This document shows positions 20,659 through 30,444 of a stretch of 64,000 nucleotides of DNA, piece by piece. A program made the translations under genes and the position numbers. The stretch comes from Gemmatimonadales bacterium (lineage in GTDB: Bacteria > Gemmatimonadota > Gemmatimonadetes > Gemmatimonadales > GWC2-71-9), in NCBI GenBank assembly GCA_965249575.1, contig OZ252244.1, forward strand, positions 128,001-192,000. The letters run 5' to 3'. The notes below the pieces were generated by a model. It worked only from the letters and a program-made list of their open reading frames with translations, had not been told where the DNA came from and ran no database searches. Within the stretch, counting starts at the first letter, position 1, and each line of letters begins with the position of its first letter.

Positions 20659-21200
20659 CTGGTACGCACCAACTCCACGGCGTCCCGTCCGTCCAGGTCC
20701 GCTACCAGCACCTCCACCACGTCGCCCGGCCCCGCATCCACGGTTTTCCCGACCACGTCGGCCTGGATCGGGAGTTCGCGTCCTCCCCGGTCGATCAGGA
20801 TACAGAGACTGATACGGGCCGGCCGGCCGAAGTCCACGAGTTGGTCCAGCGCGGCCCGGACGGTGCGTCCGGTGTACAAGACGTCGTCGACGATGATGAC
20901 ATTGCTCCCAGACAGATCGCCAGGGAGGTGGGTCTCCCCGATGACGGGCCGAGGACCGACCGTTTCGAGATCGTCTCGGTACAGCGTGATGTCGAGCGCA
21001 CCTCGATCGACATCCCGCTGGGTTTTCTCGGCGATCGTTTTCGCAAGGCGGTCCGCCAGCTGCACGCCACGCCGCTGAATACCGACCAAGACGAGCGGCC
21101 TGGCGGTGCCCGAGAGCTCAATAATCTGATCCGCCATTTGTTGGACCGCCCGTGCGACCGCACGGGCGTCGAGGAGAGTGGTGCGCTCGGCGGAACCCAT
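20655..21200 (-). CDS. pyrR: Bifunctional pyr regulator / uracil phosphoribosyltransferase
   Basis: [37 protein letters not shown]. Confidence 0.95.
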   Translation of the reverse strand: MGSAERTTLLDARAVARAVQQMADQIIELSGTARPLVLVGIQRRGVQLADRLAKTIAEKTQRDVDRGALDITLYRDDLETVGPRPVIGETHLPGDLSGSNVIIVDDVLYTGRTVRAALDQLVDFGRPARISLCILIDRGGRELPIQADVVGKTVDAGPGDVVEVLVADLDGRDAVELVRTR

Positions 21201-21211
21201 AGCCGTGGCGC

Positions 21212-21240
21212 AAGTTAGGTGGTCTCCCCAGGTCCGTCAA
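21212..21240 (-). promoter_or_regulatory. Candidate sigma-70 promoter of pyrRBC
   Basis: Minus strand TTGACG-17 bp-TAACTT ending 11 nt before the pyrR ATG. Confidence 0.6.
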
Positions 21241-21285
21241 CGATCGGCGACCAAACCCGGAAGCCAAAGGGCGACCGGCGGGACC

Positions 21286-22252
21286 TCAGGCCAGAGCCGG
21301 TGTAAGGGGCTCCCCGCCATCGAGTACCGCCTGGACGTTTCGCACCGCGAGCGCCGCCATCGCCTTGCGTGAGACGGAGGTCGCGCTCCCGAGATGGGGC
21401 AGCGCCACGATGCACGGATGTTGCAGGAGCCGACGATCCACCTCGGGTTCGCTCGAGAAAACGTCCAGACCGGCTGCTCGGAGGCGGCCGGAATCGAGCG
21501 CCTCGAGAAGGGCGGGCTCGTGGACCAGGTCACCGCGTGCCGTATTGACGAATATGGAGCCAGCCTTCATGCGGCCGAAGCTGGCGGCGTCCATTAGACC
21601 GACCGTTTCCGGGGCCGAGCGCACGTGCAGTGACACGACGTCGCTGCCCGCCAGCAGGGGAGTCGAGGACCACGTGCCGGGCACCCATCTCAGCCTCGAA
21701 TTCCGGTTTGGCCGTTCGGGAGGTGTACAGGAGCCGCATCCCAAAGCCGAGGGCCCGGCGCCCAACGGCCTGTCCGATGCGGCCGGCCCCCACGATGCCG
21801 AGCGTGTGGCCCGCTAGCTCTAGCCCGAGCAGCTCATTCGGGTTCCAACCCTGCCACCCACCCGACAACAGGAGCTCGCGCCCTTCATTGATCCGGCGGG
21901 CAGCAGCTAGGATGAGTGCCCATGTCAGATCCGCGGTAGACTCCGTGAGGACCCCGGGGGTGTTCGTGACGACGATCCCCCGTCGCTCGGCAGCGGCCAG
22001 ATCGATGTTGTCGACCCCGGTAGCGCAATTCGCGATGACTCGAAGTTGGGGGAGCCGCGCAAGATCATCATCGCGAACGTGCCGGGTCAGAAGCGGCACG
22101 ATGCCGGTGAAGGGTCCGGCGGGAATCGGCGCTCCGCTCGCTACCCACCGAACCGAGCGCCCCGGAAGCGGATCGGCACCGAGAAGATCTCGAAGCTCCT
22201 CGGCGATCAAGACGCTATCTGGCACAGCCTGCGCGAAAAGTCCGGCTGCCAT
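21286..22252 (-). pseudogene. D-2-hydroxyacid dehydrogenase (glyoxylate/hydroxypyruvate reductase type), frameshifted at ~21657-21660
   Basis: N-half (GVDNID, TNTPG, GAGRIG) in ORF 21530..22267; C-half (NTARG, AGLDV, LPHLGS) in ORF 21286..21765; one extra base in a 4-nt homopolymer; may be sequencing error. Confidence 0.8.
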
Positions 22253-22274
22253 GGAATCGCACCACACTTGAATC

Positions 22275-22280
22275 TATAAT
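22275..22280 (+). promoter_or_regulatory. -10 box of tRNA-Ser promoter
   Basis: Perfect TATAAT 9 nt upstream of the tRNA, followed by a GC-rich discriminator. Confidence 0.55.
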
Positions 22281-22289
22281 GCACGCCCG

Positions 22290-22376
22290 GGAGAGGTGTC
22301 CGAGTGGCTGAAGGAGCCGGTCTCGAAAACCGGTAAGCCCGCAAGGGTTTCGTGGGTTCGAATCCCACCCTCTCCG
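22290..22376 (+). tRNA. tRNA-Ser(CGA)
   Basis: Acceptor GGAGAGG/CCTCTCC, anticodon arm CCGGT-CTCGAAA-ACCGG, long variable arm, GGTTCGAATCC; CCA not encoded. Confidence 0.97.
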
Positions 22377-22432
22377 CTGGCAGTATGCTCGTCAGAGGTG
22401 CGATCCCTCGACCGTTGCTACATCTTCACCGG

Positions 22433-22454
22433 CTCACGAACGGCCGTTCGTGAG
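22433..22454. repeat. Perfect 22-bp palindrome
   Basis: CTCACGAACGG|CCGTTCGTGAG. Confidence 0.9.
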
Positions 22455-22484
22455 GTACTAGCCGTGTGACGTAAGGAGAACGCA

Positions 22485-24239
22485 ATGATGCACCCCCCGC
22501 TGGCCGTACGCCGTCGATTCCACGCGCCCGCTCTCATCGCGGTCCTGCTACTGGTCGCCGGTCCGCTACAGGCGGACGCGGCTCAGGCCCCCCCCCCTTC
22601 CGACCTTCAGTTCACGATCTCGGTCGCGGCGTCGGCGCACAGCGAGCCCATCACCGGCCGCATGTACGTACTAATCGACACGGACTCGACCAGTCCCGCG
22701 CTGTCCCAGCGAAGCCTCGGGCATCAGCCCATATCGAGCTCACGCGGCGTCCCCTTCTTCGCAATCGACATTCATCAACTGGAACCCGGACAGACCGCGG
22801 TCATCGACGCTTCGACGCCGGGGTTCCCCCAGCGTTCCCTGCGTGACCTGCCGCCCGGGGACTATTTCGTCCAGGCCCTGGTCAACGTCTATACTGAATT
22901 TCACCGTGCTGACGGGCATGTGATCTGGGCGCACATGGACCAGTGGGATGGCCAGCATTTCAATTGGGCGCCGGGGAACCTGCTGAGCGCTGTCAAGAGA
23001 GTCCGCCTCGACCCGGTGGTAGGCTACGACGTAGCGCTCGCGGCAACCGAAGTCATCCCGCCGATCGAGATGCCGCCCGACGACGAGTGGGTAAAGCGTG
23101 TCCGAATCCAGAGCGACCTGCTCAGCGAGTTCTGGGGCCACCCGATCTACATAGGGGCCACGGTGCTCTTGCCAAAGGGATACGACACGAACCCCAACGT
23201 GCGCTACCCAACCGTGTACCAGCAGGGGCACTTCGACCTCCGAGCGCCGTTTCGGTTTCAGACGACACCACTCAACGAGTCGCCGGCCGCCCGGGCCGCG
23301 AGACTCGGGCGCGGTGTAGAGAACGGGTATGAGTTTTACCAGGCGTGGAACTCGCCCGATTTCCCGCGCATGTTCGCCGTCACCTTCCAACACCCCACGC
23401 CGTACTTCGACGACTCCTACACCGTCAACTCGGCGAACAACGGACCGTATGCCGACGCAATCCTGACGGAGCTGATCCCGTACCTCGAGCAAGAGTTCCG
23501 GATGATTCCCGAATCGTACGCCCGGCTCTTGACCGGCGGGTCGACGGGCGGTTACGAGGCGCTCGCGCTTCAGGTACACCATCCGACGTTTTTTGGCGGC
23601 ACGTGGGTGTATTACCCGGACACAATCGATTTTCGACGGCTGTTTCTGATCAACATCTACGAGGACGAGAACGCCTTCCTCGTACCGGGTTGGGGGCTCG
23701 GAAACGTCCAGCCGGAGCGCTATGCGTTTCGCTCCGCCGAAGGACAGTCGATCTTCACCATTCGCGATCTCAGCCGCCTCGCGTCGATGCTCGGGAGCAA
23801 GGGACGATCGACGGACTACCTCGAAGCGTGGGAAGCCTCGTTCGGACCGGTTGGTGACGACGGCTACACGAGGCCGCTCTGGGACAAACAAACGGGGAAG
23901 ATCGACCGGGAAGTGGCACAGTACTGGAGGGAGGAAGGCTACGATCTGCGCTACTACACGGAGCAGAACTGGTCGACGATCGGGCAGCACCTGGTCGGCA
24001 AGCTGCACTTCATCTGCGGCGATATGGACAACTACTTCTTCAATCAGCCCGTCTACATGATGGAAGAGTTCCTCGAGGGCACCACCGACCCATACTACGC
24101 CGGCTCGTTTCGCTACGGCCGTCCGAACAAACCTCATGGGTGGACGCCGATCACCAATGCCGAGTTGATGGACGAAATGGCCGCGTTGATCACCCAAAAC
24201 ACACCGGCAGGGCACGACGCCGGGATGTGGCGATACTAG
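22485..24239 (+). CDS. Secreted alpha/beta-hydrolase (putative esterase family) with N-terminal extension
   Basis: Signal peptide, QSDLLSEFWG, VLLPKGY, NSANNGPY, nucleophile elbow GGSTGG, GDMD, PHGW; RBS AAGGAG. Confidence 0.8.
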   Translation: MMHPPLAVRRRFHAPALIAVLLLVAGPLQADAAQAPPPSDLQFTISVAASAHSEPITGRMYVLIDTDSTSPALSQRSLGHQPISSSRGVPFFAIDIHQLEPGQTAVIDASTPGFPQRSLRDLPPGDYFVQALVNVYTEFHRADGHVIWAHMDQWDGQHFNWAPGNLLSAVKRVRLDPVVGYDVALAATEVIPPIEMPPDDEWVKRVRIQSDLLSEFWGHPIYIGATVLLPKGYDTNPNVRYPTVYQQGHFDLRAPFRFQTTPLNESPAARAARLGRGVENGYEFYQAWNSPDFPRMFAVTFQHPTPYFDDSYTVNSANNGPYADAILTELIPYLEQEFRMIPESYARLLTGGSTGGYEALALQVHHPTFFGGTWVYYPDTIDFRRLFLINIYEDENAFLVPGWGLGNVQPERYAFRSAEGQSIFTIRDLSRLASMLGSKGRSTDYLEAWEASFGPVGDDGYTRPLWDKQTGKIDREVAQYWREEGYDLRYYTEQNWSTIGQHLVGKLHFICGDMDNYFFNQPVYMMEEFLEGTTDPYYAGSFRYGRPNKPHGWTPITNAELMDEMAALITQNTPAGHDAGMWRY

Positions 24240-24327
24240 CCGGCGCCGGGAACACGGTGTGCGGCCGTGGCCCACCCGTTGACCGGACACCGGTAAACTG
24301 GCTCCTCCCGCGCGATCGCGCCGCCTG

Positions 24328-25659
24328 GTGACCGCCCCAGCCGTGGCGGCGCCGGTCTCCGCGCTGCTCGAGCAGTTTCGACGCAAACGACTGCTCGTGA
24401 CCATCCTGCTGTTCGTCGCGTACGCGGGGTACTACTTCTGCCGCGTGACTCTTCCGGTTGCACTGCCGGTCATCCGAGACGCCTTCGACTACACCAATAC
24501 CGAGATGGGCTTCATCCTCTCGGCTTATTTCACCGTCTACGCCGTCTCAAAGCTCGCGAACGGATTCCTCGGAGATCGCGTCGGCGGCAAAGTGATGCTC
24601 TTGGTCGGTGTCACCGGAACCGTGGTGTGCAATGTCACGTTCGGATTCGGGCGCGAACTCACCTTCTTTGTCCTCATCTGGGCGACCAACGCCTTCTTCC
24701 AGTCCATGGGATGGCTATCCATCGTTCCGATCATGGCCCAGTGGTATACGAACCGGGAGACCGGGAAAACGATGGGCGTCATGGCTTTGAGCTATCAGCT
24801 GGGAGATTTTGCCGCCCGATCCTCCGCGGCGGCCCTGATCGTCGCTCTCGGCTGGTCCGGGTTGTTCTGGGCGCACGCCGCATTACTCGGATTGCTGGGC
24901 GTCGCGCTGATCGTGCTGGTCAAACCGTCTCCGGTAAGATTGGGGCTTCCAGACATCGGCCAATACACCGCGTACGTCGTGTCGGGAGACCCGGACCAAC
25001 TCACGGCCGAGCCGGACCAGCCGCGGGACTCGCCGGGGCGATCTGCCATCGCGAACCGTTGGATGCGCGGCATGCTGGCCAACTTCCAGTTTTGGGTCGT
25101 TTGCACCAGTTATCTCTTCATCTCCATCATTCGGTACGTGTTCTGGGGTTGGTCCGTGCAGTACTTGATCGAGAACGGAGCTACCCTCGGCTCGGCTGCT
25201 TTCACGTCTGCGATCTTCCCGTTGCTGGGATCCGCGGGCTCGATCACGGCGGGCTGGGTGTCTGACAGCATCGGCGCGAGGCGGGGCCCGGTCCTCGCGG
25301 TCATGGGCCTTCTGTTGACCGCTTCGGTCTATTTCTTTAGCCAAGTGCCCGGAGATCAGCCCGTGTGGCTCATGATCGGGCTAGGTCTGGTCGGGTTCAC
25401 CTTGTACGGACCCTATTCCTTGATGGCGGGCGCGGTGGCCATGGATTTCGGCTGGAAGTACTCCTCTTCGACGGCCGCGGGCATCATCGACGCGATCGGG
25501 GCCGTCGGAGCCATCCTGACTGGTGTCGGGATGGGATTTCTCATCGACTCCTATGGCTGGGACAACGCGTTCGCCATCATTATCGCCATGGCCCTCGTGT
25601 CGAGCGCGCTGAACTTCACGCTCTGGAATCTCAAACCCTCTCACACGATCAACCACTAG
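24328..25659 (+). CDS. MFS transporter, organophosphate:Pi antiporter (GlpT/UhpC-like) family
   Basis: YAGYYFCR, GFLGDRVG, FFQSMGW, about 12 TM segments. Confidence 0.8.
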   Translation: MTAPAVAAPVSALLEQFRRKRLLVTILLFVAYAGYYFCRVTLPVALPVIRDAFDYTNTEMGFILSAYFTVYAVSKLANGFLGDRVGGKVMLLVGVTGTVVCNVTFGFGRELTFFVLIWATNAFFQSMGWLSIVPIMAQWYTNRETGKTMGVMALSYQLGDFAARSSAAALIVALGWSGLFWAHAALLGLLGVALIVLVKPSPVRLGLPDIGQYTAYVVSGDPDQLTAEPDQPRDSPGRSAIANRWMRGMLANFQFWVVCTSYLFISIIRYVFWGWSVQYLIENGATLGSAAFTSAIFPLLGSAGSITAGWVSDSIGARRGPVLAVMGLLLTASVYFFSQVPGDQPVWLMIGLGLVGFTLYGPYSLMAGAVAMDFGWKYSSSTAAGIIDAIGAVGAILTGVGMGFLIDSYGWDNAFAIIIAMALVSSALNFTLWNLKPSHTINH

Positions 25660-25674
25660 CAGAGGCCGTTGACG

Positions 25675-26688
25675 ATGCTGTTTAGGCGATGGATTTCAAC
25701 AGTCGACACCCATACTGAGGGTGAACCCACCCGGATCATCACCGGGGGTCTCGCCCCGCTCAAAGGCGACACGATGTTGGCGCGGCTCGAAGATTTTCGC
25801 GCGCGCATGGACGACGTCCGTCGGACACTCATCGCCGAGCCACGTGGCCACAAGGACATGTACGGGTGTGTCCTCACGCCCCCGATCGCACCCGGGGCCG
25901 CCTACGGCGTATTCTTCATGGACAACGCCGACTATATGACCATGTGCGGGCACGCGACGGTCGGCGTGTCGACCGCCCTCGTCGATTTGGGGATGGTGCC
26001 CGTCGAGGAGCCAACCACCCGTTTCGTGCTCGAGACTCCAGCGGGGTTGGTGGAATCCACGGTCACGACCAAGAATGGGAGGGCGGAGCGTGTCGCCTTC
26101 CGAAACGTGCCGGCCTTTGTGGAGCAGCTGGACGTCCGCATCTCGGTTCCGGGGATCGGTGACGTAACGGCAGATATCGCCTACGGCGGGAACTGGTTCG
26201 CGTTCTTCGACGCCGGCGAGATGGGACTGGAGCTCTCATTACGCAACATCAAGAACGTAGTGGACGTTGGGATGAGAATCATGGACGCCGCAAACGACCA
26301 GGTGACCGTACAGCATCCCGAGGTTCCCCGAAGCAACCGCATCAACATCGTGACCGCGGTGACGAAGCCCGAAGATCCCACCCGTACGTACCGGAACGTG
26401 CACGTGTTCGGCCCACGGCAATTCGACCGGTCTCCCGGCGGCACGGGGACCTGCGCCAGAATGGCGGTGCTCCACGCAAGGGGCCGACTCGCGGTCGGTG
26501 GAGACGTGTTCGTTGAGAGCGTCACAGGAGGTGTCTTTCGCGGCCGGATTCTCGACGAGACCACGGTCGGGACCCACAAGGCGGTCGTTCCGGAGATCAC
26601 CGGCTCCGCCCACATCACCGGCATTCACCAGTTCGTGGTCGATCCCCGCGATCGGCTGCAGACCGGATTCCCGACGGAATGGGCCTGA
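25675..26688 (+). CDS. Proline racemase superfamily protein, Cys/Gly active-site variant
   Basis: DTHTEGEPTR, EPRGH, MCGH, NVPAF, DIAYGGN, DRSPGGTG. Confidence 0.9.
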   Translation: MLFRRWISTVDTHTEGEPTRIITGGLAPLKGDTMLARLEDFRARMDDVRRTLIAEPRGHKDMYGCVLTPPIAPGAAYGVFFMDNADYMTMCGHATVGVSTALVDLGMVPVEEPTTRFVLETPAGLVESTVTTKNGRAERVAFRNVPAFVEQLDVRISVPGIGDVTADIAYGGNWFAFFDAGEMGLELSLRNIKNVVDVGMRIMDAANDQVTVQHPEVPRSNRINIVTAVTKPEDPTRTYRNVHVFGPRQFDRSPGGTGTCARMAVLHARGRLAVGGDVFVESVTGGVFRGRILDETTVGTHKAVVPEITGSAHITGIHQFVVDPRDRLQTGFPTEWA

Positions 26689-26782
26689 GCGCCTACGCCG
26701 CTCTCCGAACGGCACGGGGCGTTCGCGCGTCAGAGTGCGCCCGCGCGTTTCCGGTCTCCGATCGAGCGAGCCGCGCCTCCAC

Positions 26783-27244
26783 ATGATGGAGAAGCGCCAA
26801 CCCCATCAACTGCTCGCGGAGTTCGCGGTGATCGTACGCCTCCCCGTCCAATGGGGTGAGCTGGACGCCTATGGACACGTGAACAACTCGATGTTCTTCC
26901 GCTATTTCGAGTCCGCACGCATGGAATACCTGGAGCGATGCGGTTTCCTCCATTCGTACGAGCGGGACAAAGTCGGCGCGATCCTGCACTCGACTCAGTG
27001 CCGATTCAAGCGGGCGTTGTTCTTCCCAGACACGATCGAGGTCGGCACTCGCGTGATCGAAATGCAGGAAGACCGGTTCACCATGGAGTACCACGTGGTG
27101 TCGCTGGGCCAGGATGCACTCGTCGCGGAGGGAACCGGCGTCATCGTCTCGTTTGACTACACGGGGAAGGCAAAGGCTCCCATTCCGCCCGACGTGCGGG
27201 AGGCTATCGGATCGCTGGATCGGGGACGCGGCGCGCGGGATTAG
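26783..27244 (+). CDS. Acyl-CoA thioesterase (4HBT/YbgC hot-dog family)
   Basis: VQWGELDAYGHVNN...YFESAR; ATG 26783 or 26786. Confidence 0.88.
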   Translation: MMEKRQPHQLLAEFAVIVRLPVQWGELDAYGHVNNSMFFRYFESARMEYLERCGFLHSYERDKVGAILHSTQCRFKRALFFPDTIEVGTRVIEMQEDRFTMEYHVVSLGQDALVAEGTGVIVSFDYTGKAKAPIPPDVREAIGSLDRGRGARD

Positions 27245-27271
27245 CGCGCCAGGGACACGGCTCTCGGAACG

Positions 27272-27478
27272 CTACTGCAGCGCGATGGTGCCATCGACCG
27301 TCGCCTCGGAGTCGAGACCGTCGATGGTCAACCGCGCACGAGCCCGAAGCGTCTCACTGCCCGACAGGGACCCGGACCTGACGCCTTCGCGAACGGCTCG
27401 CTCCATCTCTCGCTGCGCCGCGATGCCGAACTTCTTGAGGAACTTCCTCAACTCGAGGTTGAAGACCTCTTCGTTCAC
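27272..27478 (-). CDS. Small conserved protein (DUF6494-like)
   Basis: GTG after GGAGGAGAAGG; NEEVFNLELRKFLKKFGIAAQREMERAV. Confidence 0.7.
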   Translation of the reverse strand: MNEEVFNLELRKFLKKFGIAAQREMERAVREGVRSGSLSGSETLRARARLTIDGLDSEATVDGTIALQ

Positions 27479-27497
27479 TGACCTTCTCCTCCCACCC

Positions 27498-28526
27498 CTA
27501 TGCCGCCACTGTCCAGGTCGCGCCCTTGCGTAGCAACGACCCGAAATCCTCCTCCGAAAGGCCCTGCTGGGCGGCTTCGATCTGAGCATGGACGTCGGCC
27601 TCGTAAGTCGGTGCCGGGGCGTCGTACAGGACCCCGGTGGCAACCGGGAACTCAGGGGCTTCGAGCGAACCCAGCAGCGTCGCAAGCATTCGGTTCGTTT
27701 GGTCGTGCACGAGGACGTCTTCGCGCCGGACTCCGCCCTCGCCCACGCGCACGATTTCGAAGGCCAGGCCGTTCGACGTGAGCCGCAGTCCTTTGTCCTG
27801 ATTTGCCCCGAAAAGCAGCGGCTCCCCGTGCTCTACCCGGAGTTGCATCTCGGACGCGACCGCCTTCGCCGTGAAATCATCAAAGACGCCGTCGTTGAAG
27901 ACAACGCAGTTCTGGAAGACTTCCACGAATGCCGCACCCCGATGTTCGTGAGATCGCTTCAAGATGCCCACCAGGTGCTGCTGTTGGGTATCGATCGAGC
28001 GCGCCACGAACCGCGCCCCGGCTCCCAGCGCGAACGCCACCGGTGAAACAGGGTTGTCCAGCGAACCCTGCGGGGTCGACGGTGACCGTGTACCCCGTCG
28101 CGACGTCGGTGAATACTGCCCTTTGGTCAGCCCGTAGATCTCGTTATTGAAGAGGATGATCTGCAGATCGACGTTCCGCCGCAGAATGTGAAGCATGTGA
28201 TTGCCGCCGATGCTGAGGCCGTCACCATCGCCGACGATGACCCACACGTCGAGGTCGGGATTGGCCAACTTGACGCCCGTCGCCACCGCTGGCGCGCGGC
28301 CATGAATCGTGTGAAATCCATACGTGGCCATATAGTACGGGAAACGTGCCGCGCACCCGATGCCGGAGACGAAAACCGTCTGCTCCGGTGACGCGCCTAT
28401 CTCGGCCATGGTCTTCTGCATCGCCTTGAGAATCGCGTAGTCGCCGCAACCGGGGCACCACCGCACCTCCTGGTCCGACGCGTAATCCTTTGGTTTGAGG
28501 GACTCGGTGCGAGTCGCGACAATCAT
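27498..28526 (-). CDS. 2-oxoacid:ferredoxin oxidoreductase beta subunit
   Basis: WCPGCGD, SGIGC, HGRA, GDGDGLSIGGNH, NNEIYGLTKGQYSPT. Confidence 0.95.
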   Translation of the reverse strand: MIVATRTESLKPKDYASDQEVRWCPGCGDYAILKAMQKTMAEIGASPEQTVFVSGIGCAARFPYYMATYGFHTIHGRAPAVATGVKLANPDLDVWVIVGDGDGLSIGGNHMLHILRRNVDLQIILFNNEIYGLTKGQYSPTSRRGTRSPSTPQGSLDNPVSPVAFALGAGARFVARSIDTQQQHLVGILKRSHEHRGAAFVEVFQNCVVFNDGVFDDFTAKAVASEMQLRVEHGEPLLFGANQDKGLRLTSNGLAFEIVRVGEGGVRREDVLVHDQTNRMLATLLGSLEAPEFPVATGVLYDAPAPTYEADVHAQIEAAQQGLSEEDFGSLLRKGATWTVAA

Positions 28527-28527
28527 C

Positions 28528-30402
28528 TCACTGCTCCAATCTCGACCGGACCGCGTCAACGATCTCGGTAATCTTGAACGGTTGGCCCGTCACCTTGTTC
28601 AATCCCTCGGCCGGCAGGAGATACGTGCTGCGGAGAATGGTGACGAGCTGGCCCGCGTTCATTTCGGGTACCAGGATGTGATCGAATCCCTGCAACAGCT
28701 GGCCCAGGTTCGACGGGAATGGGTTCAAGTACCGAATGTGGATGTGCGATACCTCCAGACCATCCGCACGCAATCGTTTGACCGCCTGGTGGATCGCGCC
28801 ATGCGTAGATCCCCACGCAACCAAGGCGAGCCGTCCGCGCTCCTCACCCAGATCGACCTGTTGCTGCGGCACGTCCTTGGCGATCCCCGCGATCTTGGCC
28901 GCCCGCACCTCGGTCATCTTCTCGTGGTTCTCTGGATCGTAGGAGATATGGCCCGTATCGTAGCTCTTCTCGATCCCCCCGATCCGATGCTCGAGACCCG
29001 GCGTTCCTGGGAGGGCCCAGGCCCGCGCGAGCGTCTTGGGGTCTCGCACGAAGGGGTGGAATCCTTCGGGCTCCGTGCGGAACGAAACCGGGAATGGCGG
29101 TAGTGATTCGGTCTCCGGAATGAGCCACGGCTCCGCCGCGTTGGCCAGGTAGCCGTCGGTCAGCACGATGACCGGGGTCATGTAGCGCGTGGCCAACCGG
29201 ACGGCCTCCATCGCTACCTCGAAACAGTCGCCCGGCGTCGCGGACGCGATGACCGGCAGCGGCGCATCGGCGTTCCGCCCGTAGAGCGCTTGGAACAGAT
29301 CCGATTGCTCCGTTTTGGTCGGCATACCGGTAGAGGGTCCCGCCCGCTGCGAATTCACCACGATGAGCGGCAGTTCGGCGCTGATCGCCAGACCGAGCGC
29401 TTCGGCTTTCAGGGCGACCCCGGGACCCGAGCTGGACGTTATACCCAAGACGCCCGTATACGACGCTCCAATGGCCGCGCAGATCGCGCTGATCTCGTCT
29501 TCCGCCTGGAACGTGATGACGCCGTACTGCTTCAGATTGGCCAACGTGTGCAGCAGCGGCGACGCGGGCGTGATGGGATACGATCCAAGAAAGAGATTCT
29601 TCAACCCGGCGCGGCGCGCACCAAGCAACAGGCCCCACGCCATGGTCTCGGTTCCGCTGACCGTGCGATAGGTGCCCGGCGCAACGGTGGCTTTGGGTAC
29701 ATATGCCGTGAACTCGCTCCCGAGCTCCGCCGTCTCGCCGAAGGCGTGTCCCGCGTTGAGGGCAGTGATGTTCGCGTTGGCCACGTCCGGAATCTTGGCA
29801 AATTTTTTCGCGAGCCAGTCGACCGTCGCCTGCCGGTCGCGCCCGAACATCCAGAGCGCGAGTCCCAGCGCCCACATGTTTCGCGAGCGCAGCGCTTGTT
29901 TCTGGCTGAGACCAAACTCCTTGACCGCCTCGAGCGTGAGCTTGGAGATGTCGAACTTGAGTACGCGGTAGGGCGCCATCTCGCCGTCATCCAACGGGCT
30001 CTCGGAAAACCCCGCTTTCGCGATGTTCCGATTCGTAAACGCACCGGTATCGACGACGATGGTTCCGCCCTGGCGGAGATCTCGGACGTTTACTTTGAGC
30101 GCGGCAGGGTTCATGGCGAACAACACGTCCAGCTCATCGCCGGGTGTCGTGACGTCGCCCGAACCAAAGTGTACCTGAAAGGCCGATACCCCGAATGTCG
30201 TCCCTGCTGGAGCGCGAATCTCGGCGGGAAAATCCGGGAAGGTGGCGAGGTCGTTACCGATTAGGGCCGTTTCGAGCGTGAACTGCGACCCCGTGAGCTG
30301 CATGCCATCGCCCGAGTCACCCGCGAACCGCACGACGACCGAGTCGCGCGGCTCGCGGGCCTGAGCTCCCTCAGGCGCGTTGTTACCGTTTCCCGCGTCC
30401 AT
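28528..30402 (-). CDS. 2-oxoacid:ferredoxin oxidoreductase alpha subunit (gamma-alpha fusion)
   Basis: AGDSGDGMQL, GSYPITPAS, QAEDE, SSGPG, RAGPSTGMPTK, PEMNAGQ; ATG 30402 after GGAGG. Confidence 0.95.
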   Translation of the reverse strand: MDAGNGNNAPEGAQAREPRDSVVVRFAGDSGDGMQLTGSQFTLETALIGNDLATFPDFPAEIRAPAGTTFGVSAFQVHFGSGDVTTPGDELDVLFAMNPAALKVNVRDLRQGGTIVVDTGAFTNRNIAKAGFSESPLDDGEMAPYRVLKFDISKLTLEAVKEFGLSQKQALRSRNMWALGLALWMFGRDRQATVDWLAKKFAKIPDVANANITALNAGHAFGETAELGSEFTAYVPKATVAPGTYRTVSGTETMAWGLLLGARRAGLKNLFLGSYPITPASPLLHTLANLKQYGVITFQAEDEISAICAAIGASYTGVLGITSSSGPGVALKAEALGLAISAELPLIVVNSQRAGPSTGMPTKTEQSDLFQALYGRNADAPLPVIASATPGDCFEVAMEAVRLATRYMTPVIVLTDGYLANAAEPWLIPETESLPPFPVSFRTEPEGFHPFVRDPKTLARAWALPGTPGLEHRIGGIEKSYDTGHISYDPENHEKMTEVRAAKIAGIAKDVPQQQVDLGEERGRLALVAWGSTHGAIHQAVKRLRADGLEVSHIHIRYLNPFPSNLGQLLQGFDHILVPEMNAGQLVTILRSTYLLPAEGLNKVTGQPFKITEIVDAVRSRLEQ

Positions 30403-30417
30403 CTGGACTGAGCCTCC

Positions 30418-30444
30418 CATATTCTTGTGCCGCATAACAATATG
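30418..30444. promoter_or_regulatory. Imperfect 27-bp palindrome, candidate operator next to the oxidoreductase RBS
   Basis: CATATTCTTGTGC-C-GCATAACAATATG (11 of 13 arm positions pair), AT-rich in GC-rich context. Confidence 0.5.

Noticed and set aside
21657..21660. Phase variation or programmed frameshifting
   Set aside because: Run of four is too short and there is no slippery heptamer or stimulatory structure
22740..24404. Long antisense ORFs (also 38512..40473, 41072..42472, 61841..63082 and similar)
   Set aside because: Shadow frames of well-supported genes, expected at high GC; no motifs
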